In this document: piece by piece, positions 1 through 12,625 of the stretch | How positions within the stretch are numbered: the stretch's first letter is position 1 | How the letters are laid out: the number at the start of each line of letters is the position of its first letter | NCBI RefSeq assembly: GCF_018977255.1 | Contig: NW_024704743.1 | Location: forward strand, 18,540,001 to 18,604,000 | Reading direction: 5' to 3' | DNA from: Callorhinchus milii | Taxonomy: Eukaryota | DNA: 64,000 nucleotides | The notes under the pieces: generated by a model | Told to the model about the DNA's origin: nothing | What the model saw: only the letters and a program-made list of their open reading frames with translations | The model's database searches: none | Translations under genes and position numbers: made by a program

Positions 1-455
1 ATTTTCCAGCTCGCAACTTCAGAATGCCTTTGGTGTGAAGTTGCAGAAGTCTGTAGAATTCCCTCGGCATGACATGAGCTGATTGCTTTGGTGGTACATT
101 GTCATAGTAATGATTGAAGATCTTCATTCCTTCCATGTTTTTCGAGAAGGGCCAGAATCCATATAGCCACACCTCGTCACAAAGCTCCAGTGCTGCACTC
201 AATACTATCAAGCCACTAGATAGTCGAGTCTCAGACACACCGACGGATTTCCAGAACTGAGTGATATTTACTATGTAAGAAGGGTTTAAATATATTGGCT
301 GCAGTTTTGAACCAAAATCTTCCAGTGTATAGGAAACTTTAAATACTATGCCAGTATTTGATAGATAAGAAAATGCAGGTAATAGAATAAATGCTTTCCC
401 ATAGACCTTTGTACTCTCCCAAAAGGGCTTTCTTCTAAAATTTAGACTTTGATAT
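1..455 (-). CDS. ST8SIA6: ST8SIA6-like alpha-2,8-sialyltransferase copy A, last coding exon (exon 7), truncated by window edge
   Basis: Acceptor tttttgcag| next to 455. Open frame YQSLNFRRKPFWESTKVYGKAFILLPAFSYLSNTG...RLSSGLIVLSAALELCDEVWLYGFWPFSK (sialylmotif S)...NHYYDN (motif III)...HVMPREF (VS)...GILKLRAGK. Near-identical inverted copy at 52106-52560. Orthology within the ST8SIA5/6/7 clade is not resolved without a tree. Confidence 0.93.
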
Positions 456-609
456 CTGCAAAAATAAGTTGTTCACAATGAAGTAATGAATTTAGTAAAC
501 AAACAGCAGTTATACACACATTGATTCAAATGATATATGCGCTTATTTTATTTTGCTTTTGTTTATTTGTCAGGTTGATAGTAGTAGTTAAGGTTAATAA
601 TTGTTTCAA

Positions 610-922
610 TTATAATAATAATAATCCTTGCATTTGATATAGTGCTTTTCACGTCTTCTAGACTTCTCAAGCGCTTCACAGTATATACTGTAAAGTGAAT
701 TGACTGTATATTTGTGGGCAAAACCGGCAGCCAGTTGCACACAGCAGTGTCCCACAAACAGTCATGGATTGAAGTGACCAATTTATTATACTTTTTTCTT
801 CTTGAGGGATTATTATCAGTTGTGTGGAGTAAGGAAACTTGCCCAAGGTTTTGCCCTGCCGGGAATCAAACCTAGGTCTCTCGCTTGGAAGGTAAGTGCT
901 CTAACCACTCAGCTACAGGACT
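610..922 (-). mobile_element. tRNA-derived SINE with L2-type 3' tail
   Basis: Reverse strand has the tRNA-like head gagtcctgtagctgagtggttagagcac...gtttgattcc and the tail ...aaatgcaaggattattatta. Confidence 0.85.
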
Positions 923-2780
923 CTGCCAATTGCCAAAGACAAGAGTCTTATCCTTACCTACAAGTCAATTCCATTATAATGTTAAACACCTCATTAGCTA
1001 ATCCTTTTATCTCCTCAGATCTAGGGAATACAAGATAAATTCATCAAGGCTCAACATAGCTAAAACTTTCCAGTTATAGATATTGGTGACAATATTAACA
1101 GTACAGTAAATCCCTACCTCACTGGACACTGGGTATCTGGAATTTGTACCCAGGCAGACCAGGCCCGAAACAGAATAAAAAGTAGTCCCCGGGCCCGCGC
1201 ACATGTAGTCTACCACTGGCCCACTCTCCTACTGAGCATCCCCGCCCCAGTGACCAGGGATATCAACTTTGACTCAGGAAGCTTAATCGCGGGAATCAAA
1301 CAATTACAACACTGGTATCGTAAATATATTCTTCCTAAAGTCAGCCACCAAAAACTAGACATGGGGTTGGTGGGGGGGGAAACAGAATTTCTTTGGGGCT
1401 GAGTTGGCTCTAAGGTGATATGCCTGGCAATGGAAGATCAGAACTGAACTGGAACCAAACTACAAAGACTTTTTGAGACAAGCAGGTCCACTTTACTCCA
1501 CTGCACTGTTGATTGCTGGCTCATCAACAGGATTCAGAGGCTTAGATCAATAACTGAGGCTAGGATTCTTTCCACTCAATTCTACTTGCCAATGGTTAGG
1601 GTGATCCTAGCTGGACATGTAGTGAGATGCTTGCCAATGATTATATTAGTAGCTGCATGTTTTGCCTAATTAAACTCCAGCACTACTGAAATGCACATTC
1701 TAGGTTCCCAAACGTTGGCTAATGCCAACCTGTGCTTGATAATCCTAAACTTTCTGGGGTGAAAATATACCTTCCGTTGCCATCTGCAAATGGAAAATAT
1801 GTGGAGTTTTCTCATAAGCATGATGATGGGTTTCCATGTGTGTCACACACTGAGGTAACAACCCTCCCCCCAAATATAATACAATACAATTTACAATACA
1901 ATTTATATAGTGCCTTTCATCAGGATCTGCCACTGTTAAGCTCTCTGAGACGCTGCCCTGCGTGGAGTGTGCTATATAAGTCCACGTTGTTCTTGTTTCA
2001 TGTCGGGAGGACATTTCAAAGTGCTTCACATGGTGGACTGGCAACTGAGCTGGGGGTTTTCCATAAGATTGCTGACCAGTGCCCTAAGTAATTCCAGACA
2101 AAGCCATAACTGGATTGAGTAGTATTCACAGAATCCTAGAATTCTTTGAAGGGAGTTTCTCCAGGTGTCCTGACCAACAGTCCCCCACACAAACTTCATC
2201 ATTTACTGTGACTGTCTGTGAGACATTGCAGTGGGCAAACTGGCTGCTGCATTTACCCAAACACAAAACAGTCACTCCACGTTACAGTAAATCTTGTGAA
2301 GAGCTTTGAAATGTCCTCCTGATGTGAATGTTGCTATATCAAATGTAAGGATTATTATTATAACCAGGAATCTCCTCGACTCTCTCCTTTCCCTCAACCC
2401 ATTCAAGGTCCGTCTCAAGACCTGTCTCTTTGATTATGCTTTTCGTCTTCCCCCCACCACCCTTGGGCATGCACTCCCAGCTTGGGTGACAAGCTAGTAT
2501 TGCTAAGTGCCTTGGGACATCCTTCCAATGGGAAAGGCACTATTTACATGTAAATTTGTATTAATTGTATTTCTACCCTGAATAGACATTTTGGGGGCTC
2601 CAAAGCCACTGAGTAGAATGAAAAAGCATCTCAACCCTGATAGGTTCTGGTGGGATGTCCAGAGTCTCTCCTTCTAGGCCAATGAAATGCATGAACCACT
2701 GAGATCAGCTTATGGGACCCTCATGTCAACTGCAATATCAACTCATTAGATGCTAAAAACGAGATAAAATGAAAACTTAC

Positions 2781-2870
2781 TTAATTGACATTATGGATGG
2801 GTTAGCTGTCACCAGGTCAGTTTTCAATCCCACATCATCTCCTCTGCCAACAATAGGAGCAAGATTACAC
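2781..2870 (-). CDS. ST8SIA6: ST8SIA6-like copy A exon 6 (90 nt; second half of sialylmotif L)
   Basis: ttttacag|G TGT AAT... = (R)CNLAPIVGRGDDVGLKTDLVTANPSIMSI(K), donor |gtaagt, phase 2-2. Confidence 0.93.
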
Positions 2871-4670
2871 CTGTAAAAAAGTACAAGTTTGCATTACTGT
2901 TGGGAATCAATAAACTTATCTCAGAAGACACAGACAAACATAAACTTTATTTCATGATGATAATCTTCTGATTTTTGATGGAGCACTTCATTGAATATTT
3001 AGATAAATTCCAAAACACACCTTGCGTGATCGAATGATTAAAAATAACTCTTTGAACAAGATTTTGTTGTGGTCAGCAGCTGGGTATCTGATACATGTGG
3101 GAACCCATCAGCATGGTTTTGAATATTCAAACAAGACTGAGAGTTCCATATATGTACACTAACCACACAGGAACATTTTCCTGAATCTGGAATGAAATAC
3201 ATAGTCTCTCTCCCTGGAGAGACACACAATGCTTAACTAATCGTGGAAAGTATTAGGCACAGTTTGGTGAGAGGCAAGGCTTTGGGGACCTCAGAGAGTG
3301 AATTGTGGTACCAGTGGAGTTTAACCAACTAAAACTGCAGAGAGCCCTACCTGCCAGGTTGCCATTGAGAGCAGTTTGGCAGGATTCCTGTTGGTTCAGA
3401 AACTGTACATTCAAGACTGCCCAGAAGGTTGACTTGATTCTAACATTCCACAAAGGACAATTTCAGGAAGGATAGCAGAATTTACCCACAGAATAATTAA
3501 TGACTGCAATAGGTTGTCAAGAAGGGTGGTTGATGCTGTAATGGGAAAATAGTATGGTCGGTATTCTGACCAAGACCACAACGGAGGGTTGACCCATTCC
3601 AACATTCTGCAGGAAAGTGTGTTACTTTGAAGCCAGCTCAGCTAAAAGGATACTGCTTACTCCCTGTCCCCAAGGAGAATAGTCACTAGTTGATCATTTG
3701 ACATCTCACAAGTACTGGTTTGAACCCTCATTGAATGAATAGCAAATACTATGAACTCTCGGAAGCTTCCTGGTGAGCCACACCGCTCATGATAAATTGC
3801 ATGAAATTGCATGAGAGAACATTGCCACCGCCGTTCCTCCTACAGTTCAAGACACAATCCCTATTCAATGAATAACTGTTCCACCAGTTGGAGATGCAGA
3901 GCTTGAACAATAGCTGCTTACCTTTCTGCCTATCAATCAAGGATGAAATGCCCTAGATATATGAATGCATGTACACAAACCAAGACTCTAGTCTATCCTG
4001 AGGTACCTTATTACATTAGTGGTGCTATAATTGTACTCAATGCCCCTGGGGGAGGGGGAGGGGGAGGGGAGGAGATAGCCGAAGGCACAGTTTTTATAAA
4101 AATCTTAATCTTAAATTTGAATGGAGTTAGGAAAGCAGAGAGGGAGAATGACCCTTTACACCTGGCCTCAGCATATGGTTGCATCTGAGAATTTCTACTT
4201 TGCATCTAAGATCAGGATATAATTGTTACATTTGGTATAGATTCTCTCAATTCAGAATGACATCTCAAACCTCCTGGATGTACCGAAATGCCAACTTAGC
4301 TCAGTCAATAAGTTCATGTGAAGTTGCATCAAATGCTATTTCGAGGACCTGAAAACAAGTTTGGACCTATTTTGTCACCAGGCAATTTTTAAAAAAATTA
4401 TCCGAACGAGTCAAAATTACACATAATTTTTACAGAATTGGTGTTTGGTTCCATGGGCAATCTTTAAAGAAGTAAAAAAAAATCATAACAAATTTGATAA
4501 TTATTGAAAGAAAGATAAAGAGTGGGAGGGGAAGGGGGAGATATTCTGTTATGAAATATCACACATTTCATTGCGATAGTTTTGAATTTCTGTTACCTTG
4601 GAAAGACTTAATTATCTCAAATGAATCAGCAGAAATAAATCCAGCTATATTTCTCCATGTTACTTCTTAC

Positions 4671-4783
4671 CTGAACACAAAGTCAGCCTGATCTATTTCC
4701 TCTCCACAGCTGCTATTAGTTAGAATTCCTCCATTTCCCACCACAGCACAGAGTTTAGATAACGGTAATTTAAAAGGCTCAGT
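4671..4783 (-). CDS. ST8SIA6: ST8SIA6-like copy A exon 5 (113 nt; start of sialylmotif L)
   Basis: atcag|ACT... = TEPFKLPLSKLCAVVGNGGILTNSSCGEEIDQADFVF(R), donor |gtaaga. Confidence 0.95.
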
Positions 4784-5144
4784 CTGATAGATAAAAAATG
4801 CAATTAGCAGTTTCATGACAATTCAGAAGGTCCTTTGATTTACAGAAATTTATGACAATCAATATTTAATATTCATTTTACCAAATAAATCGATATATTT
4901 TTAAGATGTATTGCATAGAGACATGTAGAACTTTACAGCATGGAAACAGGCCATTCACTACTCCACATGACCTTCCAACTCTCCTAATCCATGCTCCCAA
5001 ATCCCTCTATTCCCTTCTCAATTGAATGCATCAGGTTTCTTTGCAAAAGCATACATTGATGCTTTCAGTTTCAACCAAGACTTGTGCGTTTCATGTTCTC
5101 ACTACCTTCCTCATCAATTTGTTTGTGTTCAGCCGGGTATCTGA

Positions 5145-5385
5145 CATAAGAACATAAGAAATGCTAGACAAAAAAAGACCAAGGTCCATCTAGTTCACCT
5201 TCCATCTTCCTGGCGATCGCATGCACATAGTACTATATCCTATTATGTTATTTCCTAAAAGAAAACTACCTAATCTGTGTTTGAAAGAATCAACACTTCC
5301 TGCTTCAACCATCTGCCTCGGCAGCCTGTTCCACAGGTTCACTATTCGTTCACTGAAATAGTATTTGCGTAGGCGTGAAGATCTG
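5145..5385 (-). mobile_element. CR1-type LINE 3' fragment
   Basis: ORF 5190..5393 LRKYYFSERIVNLWNRLPRQMVEAGSVDSFKHRL is a typical CR1 ORF2 C-terminus. Short tandem tail (acataaga). Confidence 0.8.
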
Positions 5386-6085
5386 ATGGACATATGTGGA
5401 AATCCATCAGAGTATGCTTAAGTGTATCCAAATCAAACGAAGAGTTCCAGGCATCCTGCCTATTCATGGAAATTCCTGAGGTATTTGTTAGAGTGGAATG
5501 CACACTCTCTCCCTGGAGGGACATATCCTGCCTACCTAATCCTGGGAGTAGGTACAGTCAATTCACTTTACAGTGTGTTCTGTGAAGCGCTTTGGGACGT
5601 CCTCCCGACGTGAAAAGCGCTATATCAAATGCAAGGATTAATTATTATTATTATTATAGGTTGGCAAGGTCCCCAGAGTGTGTGTTTGGGTACTGCTGGA
5701 GTCTGCCCTGCATAGCCTTCAATTGATAGTACTGTCTGGAAAGCTTTCCCACTAGTTGTCCAGCTAGTTCAGTTCCAAGGAGACCCCCCTTACTTTCCCT
5801 CCCAAGGACAATATTTGCATAAAAATGTTCCTCCTAAAGTCCCTTTAGGTCTGCTACTCAATATATACTGCCCTTGTTTTGGACTGAACAAGTGGTAACA
5901 GGCTATTAATATCCACTTTTGTTTAAACACCTCTATCGGATTGTCAATTGTCTCATCTATAACCCGTCCAATCTTTATTGACATGCTAATTGTATCATGC
6001 TAATTGCTCAAATTACAACAAACCATAATGAATTTGATTGTGCAAGTGTAGAAATACAAAACTTACCAGTAAGACGTAAGAACAC

Positions 6086-6580
6086 ATCACTCCCACCCTC
6101 GCTCGCCTCCACTGGCTCCCCATCCCCCAGAGGATCGAATTCAAGATCCTCACCCTCACCTACAAGGCCATTCACGGCCTTGCTCCCTCCTACCTCTCCG
6201 ACCTACTATCCCCCTACTTACCTGCCCGTACCCTCCGTTCCTCTGGCTCCGGTCTGCTCCACATCCCCCGCCCCAACCGCCCTACCATCGGTGGCCGGGC
6301 CTTCAGCCTCTCAGCCCCCAGGCTCTGGAACTCTATCCCCCAGTGCCTTCACCGCCTCCTCCCTTTCCTCCTTCAAGGCCGGTCTCAAGACCTTTCTCTT
6401 TGACCGTGCCTTCAGCTCCCCTCTTGACTCTCTACCCCCTCCTCGCTCCCTCCCTTCCCTCCCCTCACCCTGACCATTTCCCCCCTGCTCGGGTCCTGAC
6501 CCAACTGTACAGCGCCTTGGGACGTCCTCCCGACGTGAAAGGCGCTCTATACATGGAATCTTGTTGTTGTTGTTGTTGTA
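6086..6580 (+). mobile_element. L2-clade LINE 3' end (young)
   Basis: LHWLP..RI.FK, GGRAFS...LWN, FKAGLKTFLF. Tail gggacgtcctcccgacgtgaaaggcgct...(ttg)n. Absent at the matching site in the right arm (~45450). Confidence 0.88.
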
Positions 6581-7436
6581 GTTGAGGGAGTAGTCAGAAC
6601 TGAAGTCTGAGAGAAATCTACAGGTGTAGGAAAAAGTCTGGCTAAAGAAAATGGACAGTGAAAGAAATGACAGAGAAACAGACAGGCAGGTTTAAGAAGA
6701 AACTACGAGAGTTAGAAAAGCTAAAGGAAGTGGACAGTGAAAGAGACCACAGAGAAACTGCATATTTTGTGTCCAACTATTGAACAAAGTCAGGGAGATA
6801 TATTCACAGCAAACATGGACGGAGTGGAATTAGCTGTGATGTGATAACTTTATTGCTGGCAAAAGACAACAACATCTTGCATTTATATCGCACCCCTCCC
6901 ACACGGTAGCGTCCCAGAGCACTTGACAGTGTTGGAGCACTATTCCGAGCCAGGAAAGGGGGGGGTGACCATAAGCACAGTTGAATAGGAAGGTCTTCAG
7001 GCATGACCTGATAATGGGGAAGGAAGGGGCAAAGCGGAGGGATAGAGGAAGAGTGTTCCAGGGTATCCGGGTGTAGTGGCTGAAAGCGAGGATCCCAATG
7101 GTGGAATGGAGGGCACGGGGTTCATGAAGAAGGCCGGAGCCAGTCGAGCGGAGCCAGCGGGTTGTGGGTTGGGGGATAAGCAGGTCGAAGAGGTAGTGAG
7201 GTGCCAGGGCGTGAAGGGATTTGAAAACAAGTGTGAGGATCTTGAAATCGAGCCGTTCTGTGATGGGGTGGAGACAGTGGAGACATCAGTGATAATTAAC
7301 ACATCACAAGTCACTATTAATAGTACACAGATAATTACTGTTAAGGTTTTTTCTTTTTCTGAAAAAAATATTTCTACTTAAACAAATTTCTGTACTTCTG
7401 AAAACACACACTTTCACACACTCACTCACAACTTAC

Positions 7437-7581
7437 CTGAGGAAGCAAATTAAAAATATCTTCCGTGATCGTTATTTGCTTTTTAGGTTGTGCATCATAA
7501 GTTAGATTTGCTCCTAGTGCTGTGTTGACTTGTGTAACAGTAAAGTTTTGGATTGCATTGCAGCAATTTGTTAGCCGTGCT
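7437..7581 (-). CDS. ST8SIA6: ST8SIA6-like copy A exon 4 (145 nt)
   Basis: ttccag|A GCA CGG... = ARLTNCCNAIQNFTVTQVNTALGANLTYDAQPKKQITITEDIFNLLPQ, donor |gtaagt. The CC..Q.N..G...Y pattern is typical of ST8SIA5/6. Confidence 0.92.
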
Positions 7582-8589
7582 CTGGAAGATAAGACATTTC
7601 ACGTGTTTGGATCAGAACTTATTCCATAGAACCTTCCTCCTTGTAGCTATTCTATTTCCATTAAATATATACGACTGTTTCAGATACAGGTACACATAAT
7701 CTTCTGTGCTGTAAATTTCAATTGTTCTATGTGGGATAGAAATTCCACTGGGTCTAGAATTTACTCTATTCGTGTAACCAGAAATTTGACGAATTGTTGA
7801 ATGCAGCCTTAATTCAGAAACTGAATTTCGGTAAGTTATTTTAAGACCTGCAATGAAAAGGCTTCAAAGTTAAGATTGAATTCAACAATTTGCTAAATGC
7901 TGGACCTTCTGAAATGTTATATAAATAGAGTAAGCTAAGTTCAGTTGGAATTTCTCTCCATAATCCCTTTGTCTATTGTTTAACAGTGAATAGTGCAAAG
8001 TAGGCCATTTGTTATAAAAATGTTATTGTAGTATTTGCCATCGATATTTTCAAGTATGCACAGATTTTTTTCTGACTTTTCTGACCCCTTCTCTTTCTTT
8101 GAGATCCTCCTGATCACACAGCTGTATCTAACAAGTGACAAAAATTAGGGTTCCTCTTATGATTATATTCAGAATTGGTGTAGTGTACAATTAAATCCAG
8201 AGAAGTGTAGCTTAATCATAGCTACAAAAATCTCTTCCAATACAGTATCAGATTAAAAAGCATATTACGAACATCAGTTTCCAGATACATCCTTTGCATT
8301 TTTACCATATAACGTTAGTAGGTAACATCTATATTCCCAAAATACAAATACAATTTTACATTTATATAGCAGTTTTCACATTGGAATGATTTTTCTAAGA
8401 GCTTTGCACCCCATCATGTTTGGTGTTTGCCAGGCTCTACTGACTTTCCTTTTGATTGTGTTTATGGTCACCTCACCCTCTCCCTTTCCCCTTGGTTCGG
8501 GGTTTAGACTCCTCCACCGTCCACTGCTCAGGGATGCTACCCCGCATGAAGGGCGCTATATAAATGCAAGTTGTTGTTATTGTACTGAA

Positions 8590-8945
8590 ACAACAACAAC
8601 AACAACAAGATTCCATTTATAAAGCGCCTTTCACGTCAGGAGGACGTCCCAAGGCGCTGCACAGTTGGGTCATGACCCGAGCAGGGGGAAATGGTCAGGG
8701 TGAGGGGAGGGAAGTGAGGGAGCGAGGAGGGGGGAAATGGTCAGGGTGAGGGGAGGGAAGGGAGGGAGCGAGGAGGGGGGAAATGGTCAGGGTGAGGGGA
8801 GGGAAGGGAGGGAGCGAGGAGGGGGAAGAGAGTCGAGAGGGGAGCTGAAGGCTCGGTCAAAGAGAAAGGTTTTGAGACCGGCCTTGAAGGAGGAGAGGGA
8901 GGAAGCAAGGCGAAGGCACTGGGGGATAGAGTTCCAGAGCACAAG
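8590..8945 (-). mobile_element. L2 LINE 3' end with three tandem ~45-bp G-rich units (8684-8825)
   Basis: LWNSIPQCLRLASSLSSFKAGLKTFLF. Unit gggggaaatggtcagggtgaggggagggaagggagggagcgagga. Confidence 0.85.
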
Positions 8946-10174
8946 ATTGATTTGGATAAAGAAGGCCCTTTGGACCATTTGACCTCATCCTTCCAGATCA
9001 TCTATTCTGCCATCCTCCCATCACAGCAATAATTTTTTTAAAAATGAGTCCTAGCCTCAGTGACTCTTATTGGTTACCTGTTCCGGTCAGACAGGCCAGG
9101 TATCTCTCCTGAAATTTTTCTTTGAAACTCTAAACCTACCAACTACCATCTTGATGCATCCTAAAGTGTTGTTCTGGGTTTACTTTTTCAATCATGTCAA
9201 TTGTCAACTCTGTGTCACTGTTATTTCTTTATTTTCATTATTGGAAAAAATAACAAAAAGATTAGGTCATGGAATCTTTCAATGATGTAAAGAGTTTGAG
9301 ACATGAAAGGTATTGATGTGAAAGGTATGGTATGTGTTGACTACAGATGCTACCTATTTCCTTTTGATAGTACACATACATCTTTCTTGTCAAAAGCATA
9401 CTTTTCTTTTTCAACACTTTAATAGCCTGTTACCTCTTCATTTATAAACGGATTACGTCTTGCCTATTATTCTCAACAGAGGCACCATTGAATGTAACCA
9501 AAAACATTTTGCTGTAACTTATTGGGGTTAAAAATATACATGTTTAGGACAGCCCCAATGGTGCAATGGACAGAGCTATAGTTTACAGACCAGGAGATCG
9601 CTGGTTTGAATCCTGATCTGTGCTGAGATTGCGGTCACAGTTGGGGCTGGATGGGAACGTTAAGTTGTCCTTGGGCTTCTCAGGGATAAGGAAAGAAAGA
9701 ACAGATCATTGCTCTTGATCCCTCTGTTGAGGCATGTGTGTGGTAGCCAGGTGGGGAAAGACTCACTGCCAAGGCTCTCACACATGAACGATAGCCACTA
9801 GGCTGGGAATTGGGAGGAGAACCAGTGCCATTGAAACCAACCTCCAGCAAGTGGTGTCCAGACCATCAGCAGAGAGGCATGTACCAGTGGGGAGAAAATT
9901 AGAAAAAATAATCAGCCACTCTAAATTTATTTTTAAATTACATTTTGCACAGTAAAATTCACGAAGGATTCATGCTGAGGTGAAGAGCACTATGTAAATG
10001 TAAATTTGTATTGTATTTTATAACTATTGAAATCAATTGGTCAGCCCCAATGGTGGAGTGGATAATGCTATATCCACTTTGTGTGCACCATTTTAATCTC
10101 ATTGGAACTCAACAATCTCCTTCCAACCATGTTCAAGCAGAGTTCCTGCATGTATAACATGAAGTACATCCAAC

Positions 10175-10856
10175 TACAACAACAAATTACATTTATATTG
10201 CGCCTTTCACGTCGGAAGTACGTCCTAGGGCACTGGGAAGTCAAGTTATGCAACTGAGGTGGGGTTGGACCTTGAAGGAGCCAAAGGAAGGATCAAGGTA
10301 AAATAACTCTAGGATGGGGGTTCCAGAGAGTGAGGACAGAAAGACTGAAGGTCCAACCATTGATAGTGAAGCAGGCCAGTGCCTGCTGAGTGGAGGAAGC
10401 TGGCAGGTATGGGAGAGGACATGATCTGCAGCTCGTGGAGGGAAGATTTGGGAAGTTTGGCAAGTGGAGAGTTGGCACAGTCAAGTGTGGATGTGATGAA
10501 AGAGTCTCAGCGGCCCAAGGGGAGAGGAAGTGCCAAAGGCAGGAATATTGTGGAGGATCTGGAAAGCTGAGTGGGTCAAGGCACAGATGTGGGGTTTAAA
10601 TGACAGTAAAGAGTCAAACAAAACACCAAGGTTCCATACAGGCTTGGAGAAGTGGATTGTGTATCTGTGTATAATGATACTGTCTGTGCCTGAAGTGAAA
10701 ACGTGTTGATGGGAGCTAAGCAGGAGAGCCTCTGTCTTGTCGACATTCAACTGGCTCTCAAAAGTTCGCTCTCATCTGGAACTTGATGTCCGACAGGCAA
10801 TCCATCAGGACACCAGTTATCCTGGAATCAAGGCTAGAGGGTGGAGGCAGAGAGAT
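10175..10856 (-). mobile_element. Degenerate L2 ORF2 fragment shared by both arms (counterpart ~42330-43050, +)
   Basis: LNVDKTEALL...NLGVLFDSLLSF.PHI peptide present in both copies. Confidence 0.82.
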
Positions 10857-10894
10857 GTATTTCAACATATCAGATAAGGGCAAAACAAGTTATA

Positions 10895-11225
10895 ATAATC
10901 CTAATAACAATAATAATAATCCTTGCATTTGATATAGCGCTTTTCACGTCGGGAGGACGTCCCAAAGCGCTTCACAGAACACACTGTAAAGTGAATTGAC
11001 TGTATATTTGTGGGCGAACGCGGCAGCCAATTGCGCACAGCAATGTCCCACAAACAGTTATGGATTGAAAATGAACAATTTATTATTGTTTTTTGTTTTG
11101 GAGGGATTATTATTAGGCTCTGTGTGGAGTAAGGAAACTTGCCCAAGGTTTCGCCCTGTGCCTGGAATTGAACTCAGGTCTCTCACTTGGAAAGCGAGCG
11201 CTCTAACCACTGAGCTATAGGACTC
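10895..11225 (-). mobile_element. Full-length young tRNA-SINE, left-arm specific
   Basis: Head, body and (tta)n tail present. Nearly identical to 23933-24265. Empty site at ~41870-41880 in the right arm. Confidence 0.9.
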
Positions 11226-11739
11226 AGTCTAACTGTATAACTACAGTTATATGAGTTAATTCAAGTTGTAATTCAAGTTACAACATGCTTAGAGTCATAG
11301 GAACAGAGGAAACCAGGAACAGGAGGATTCCATTCACCACAATAAGCCTTTTCCACCAATTTATTAGGTTCATTTATATTAGCTGGAAGAACAATAATTC
11401 AATTTCCGTTACATTTCTGATATCACTTTTTGGATGGGGAGGGGGTCCAGATTTCCCTGGGGTTAGAACTCCTTTCACTTGGCTCCTTACAATGTCCTAA
11501 CCGGAGGGTAATCCTAACTGAACAAGTTAATTATAACATAGTATTTATAGCTGGCATTTCATAAGTTTGTGTATTTAAATCCTCCCGAGTGGCTGACCAC
11601 AGACCTGCCAGTATGAACAATCCTGCAACCATGAGTCAAAACTTTTTTCTTAAACTGAAATTCCAATAGGTTTTCAGGAATCCTTTTAAGAATCCAGCTT
11701 CTCTTCTGGAATAGTTAATTCTGCAATTCAAACATTCAC

Positions 11740-11826
11740 CTGAATTTCTGGTTTGCTTCAGAATTTCTATACCATGTACATTTCTGTGTTTTCTTGAAGA
11801 GGTCGATAAAATCATCATCCTTAAAC
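11740..11826 (-). CDS. ST8SIA6: ST8SIA6-like copy A exon 3 (87 nt, stem)
   Basis: ttttctag|G TTT AAG... = FKDDDFIDLFKKTQKCTWYRNSEANQKF(R), donor |gtgaat. Has the C-x-W stem motif. Paralogous exon at 41134-41220. Confidence 0.88.
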
Positions 11827-11949
11827 CTAGAAAAAGTAAAGTCAAATACTGATATTGCATCAATGAACAATAAGAAGATTTAAAATAATGAGTCTCAAGA
11901 CACCAAATGTCACACTTTTGTAGGCTTAAGACCATTGTCTTACATCTTT

Positions 11950-12625
11950 CTAGCCCACATCTTTACAGTGACCCGTTCTGCTTTCCCCCACCTCCGCACC
12001 ATCGCCCGGCTTTGCCGCTGCCTCTCACCTCAGGCTACCGAGACCATCATCCATGCATTTATCACATCCAGGTTCAGCTACGCTAACTCCCTGCTTGTCG
12101 GCCTTCCCAATGTTTTCCTCCACAAGCTGCAGATCATCCAAAACTCTGCAGCCTGTGTCCTCTCCTGCAGCAGGCTCCGTGACCCCATCACCCCCATCCC
12201 CCCTGGGACCACTGGCTCCCCATCCCCCAAAAGATAGATTTCAAAATCCTCCTCCTCACCTTCAAAGCCCTCCACTGCCTTGCTCCTCCCTATCTATGTG
12301 ACCTGCTAACTCCATGTTGACCTGTCCGCTCCCTCCGCTCAGCAGGCTCCGGCCTGTTACATGTGCCCATCCCACCCACCAGTCAGGCCTTCAGCCTCTC
12401 TGCCCCCACCCTTTGGAACTCCATCCCACAGTCCTTTTGCCTTGCTCCCTCTCTTGCCTTCTTCAAGACCCATCTCAAGACCCTCCCCTTCGACTGCACC
12501 TTCGGTCACCTTCCTACACCTACCCTCCCTTCCCTGCACCCCTCGTTTTCCCAATTCCCAGCTTGGATCCAAATCTCTAACTGTCCAGCGTCTTGGGACA
12601 TCCTCCTGACGTGAAAAGCACTATT
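11950..12625 (+). mobile_element. L2 LINE 3' fragment (counterpart ~40300-41000, -)
   Basis: ETIIHAFITSRFSYANSLLVGLP...LQIIQNSAA. Confidence 0.85.
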
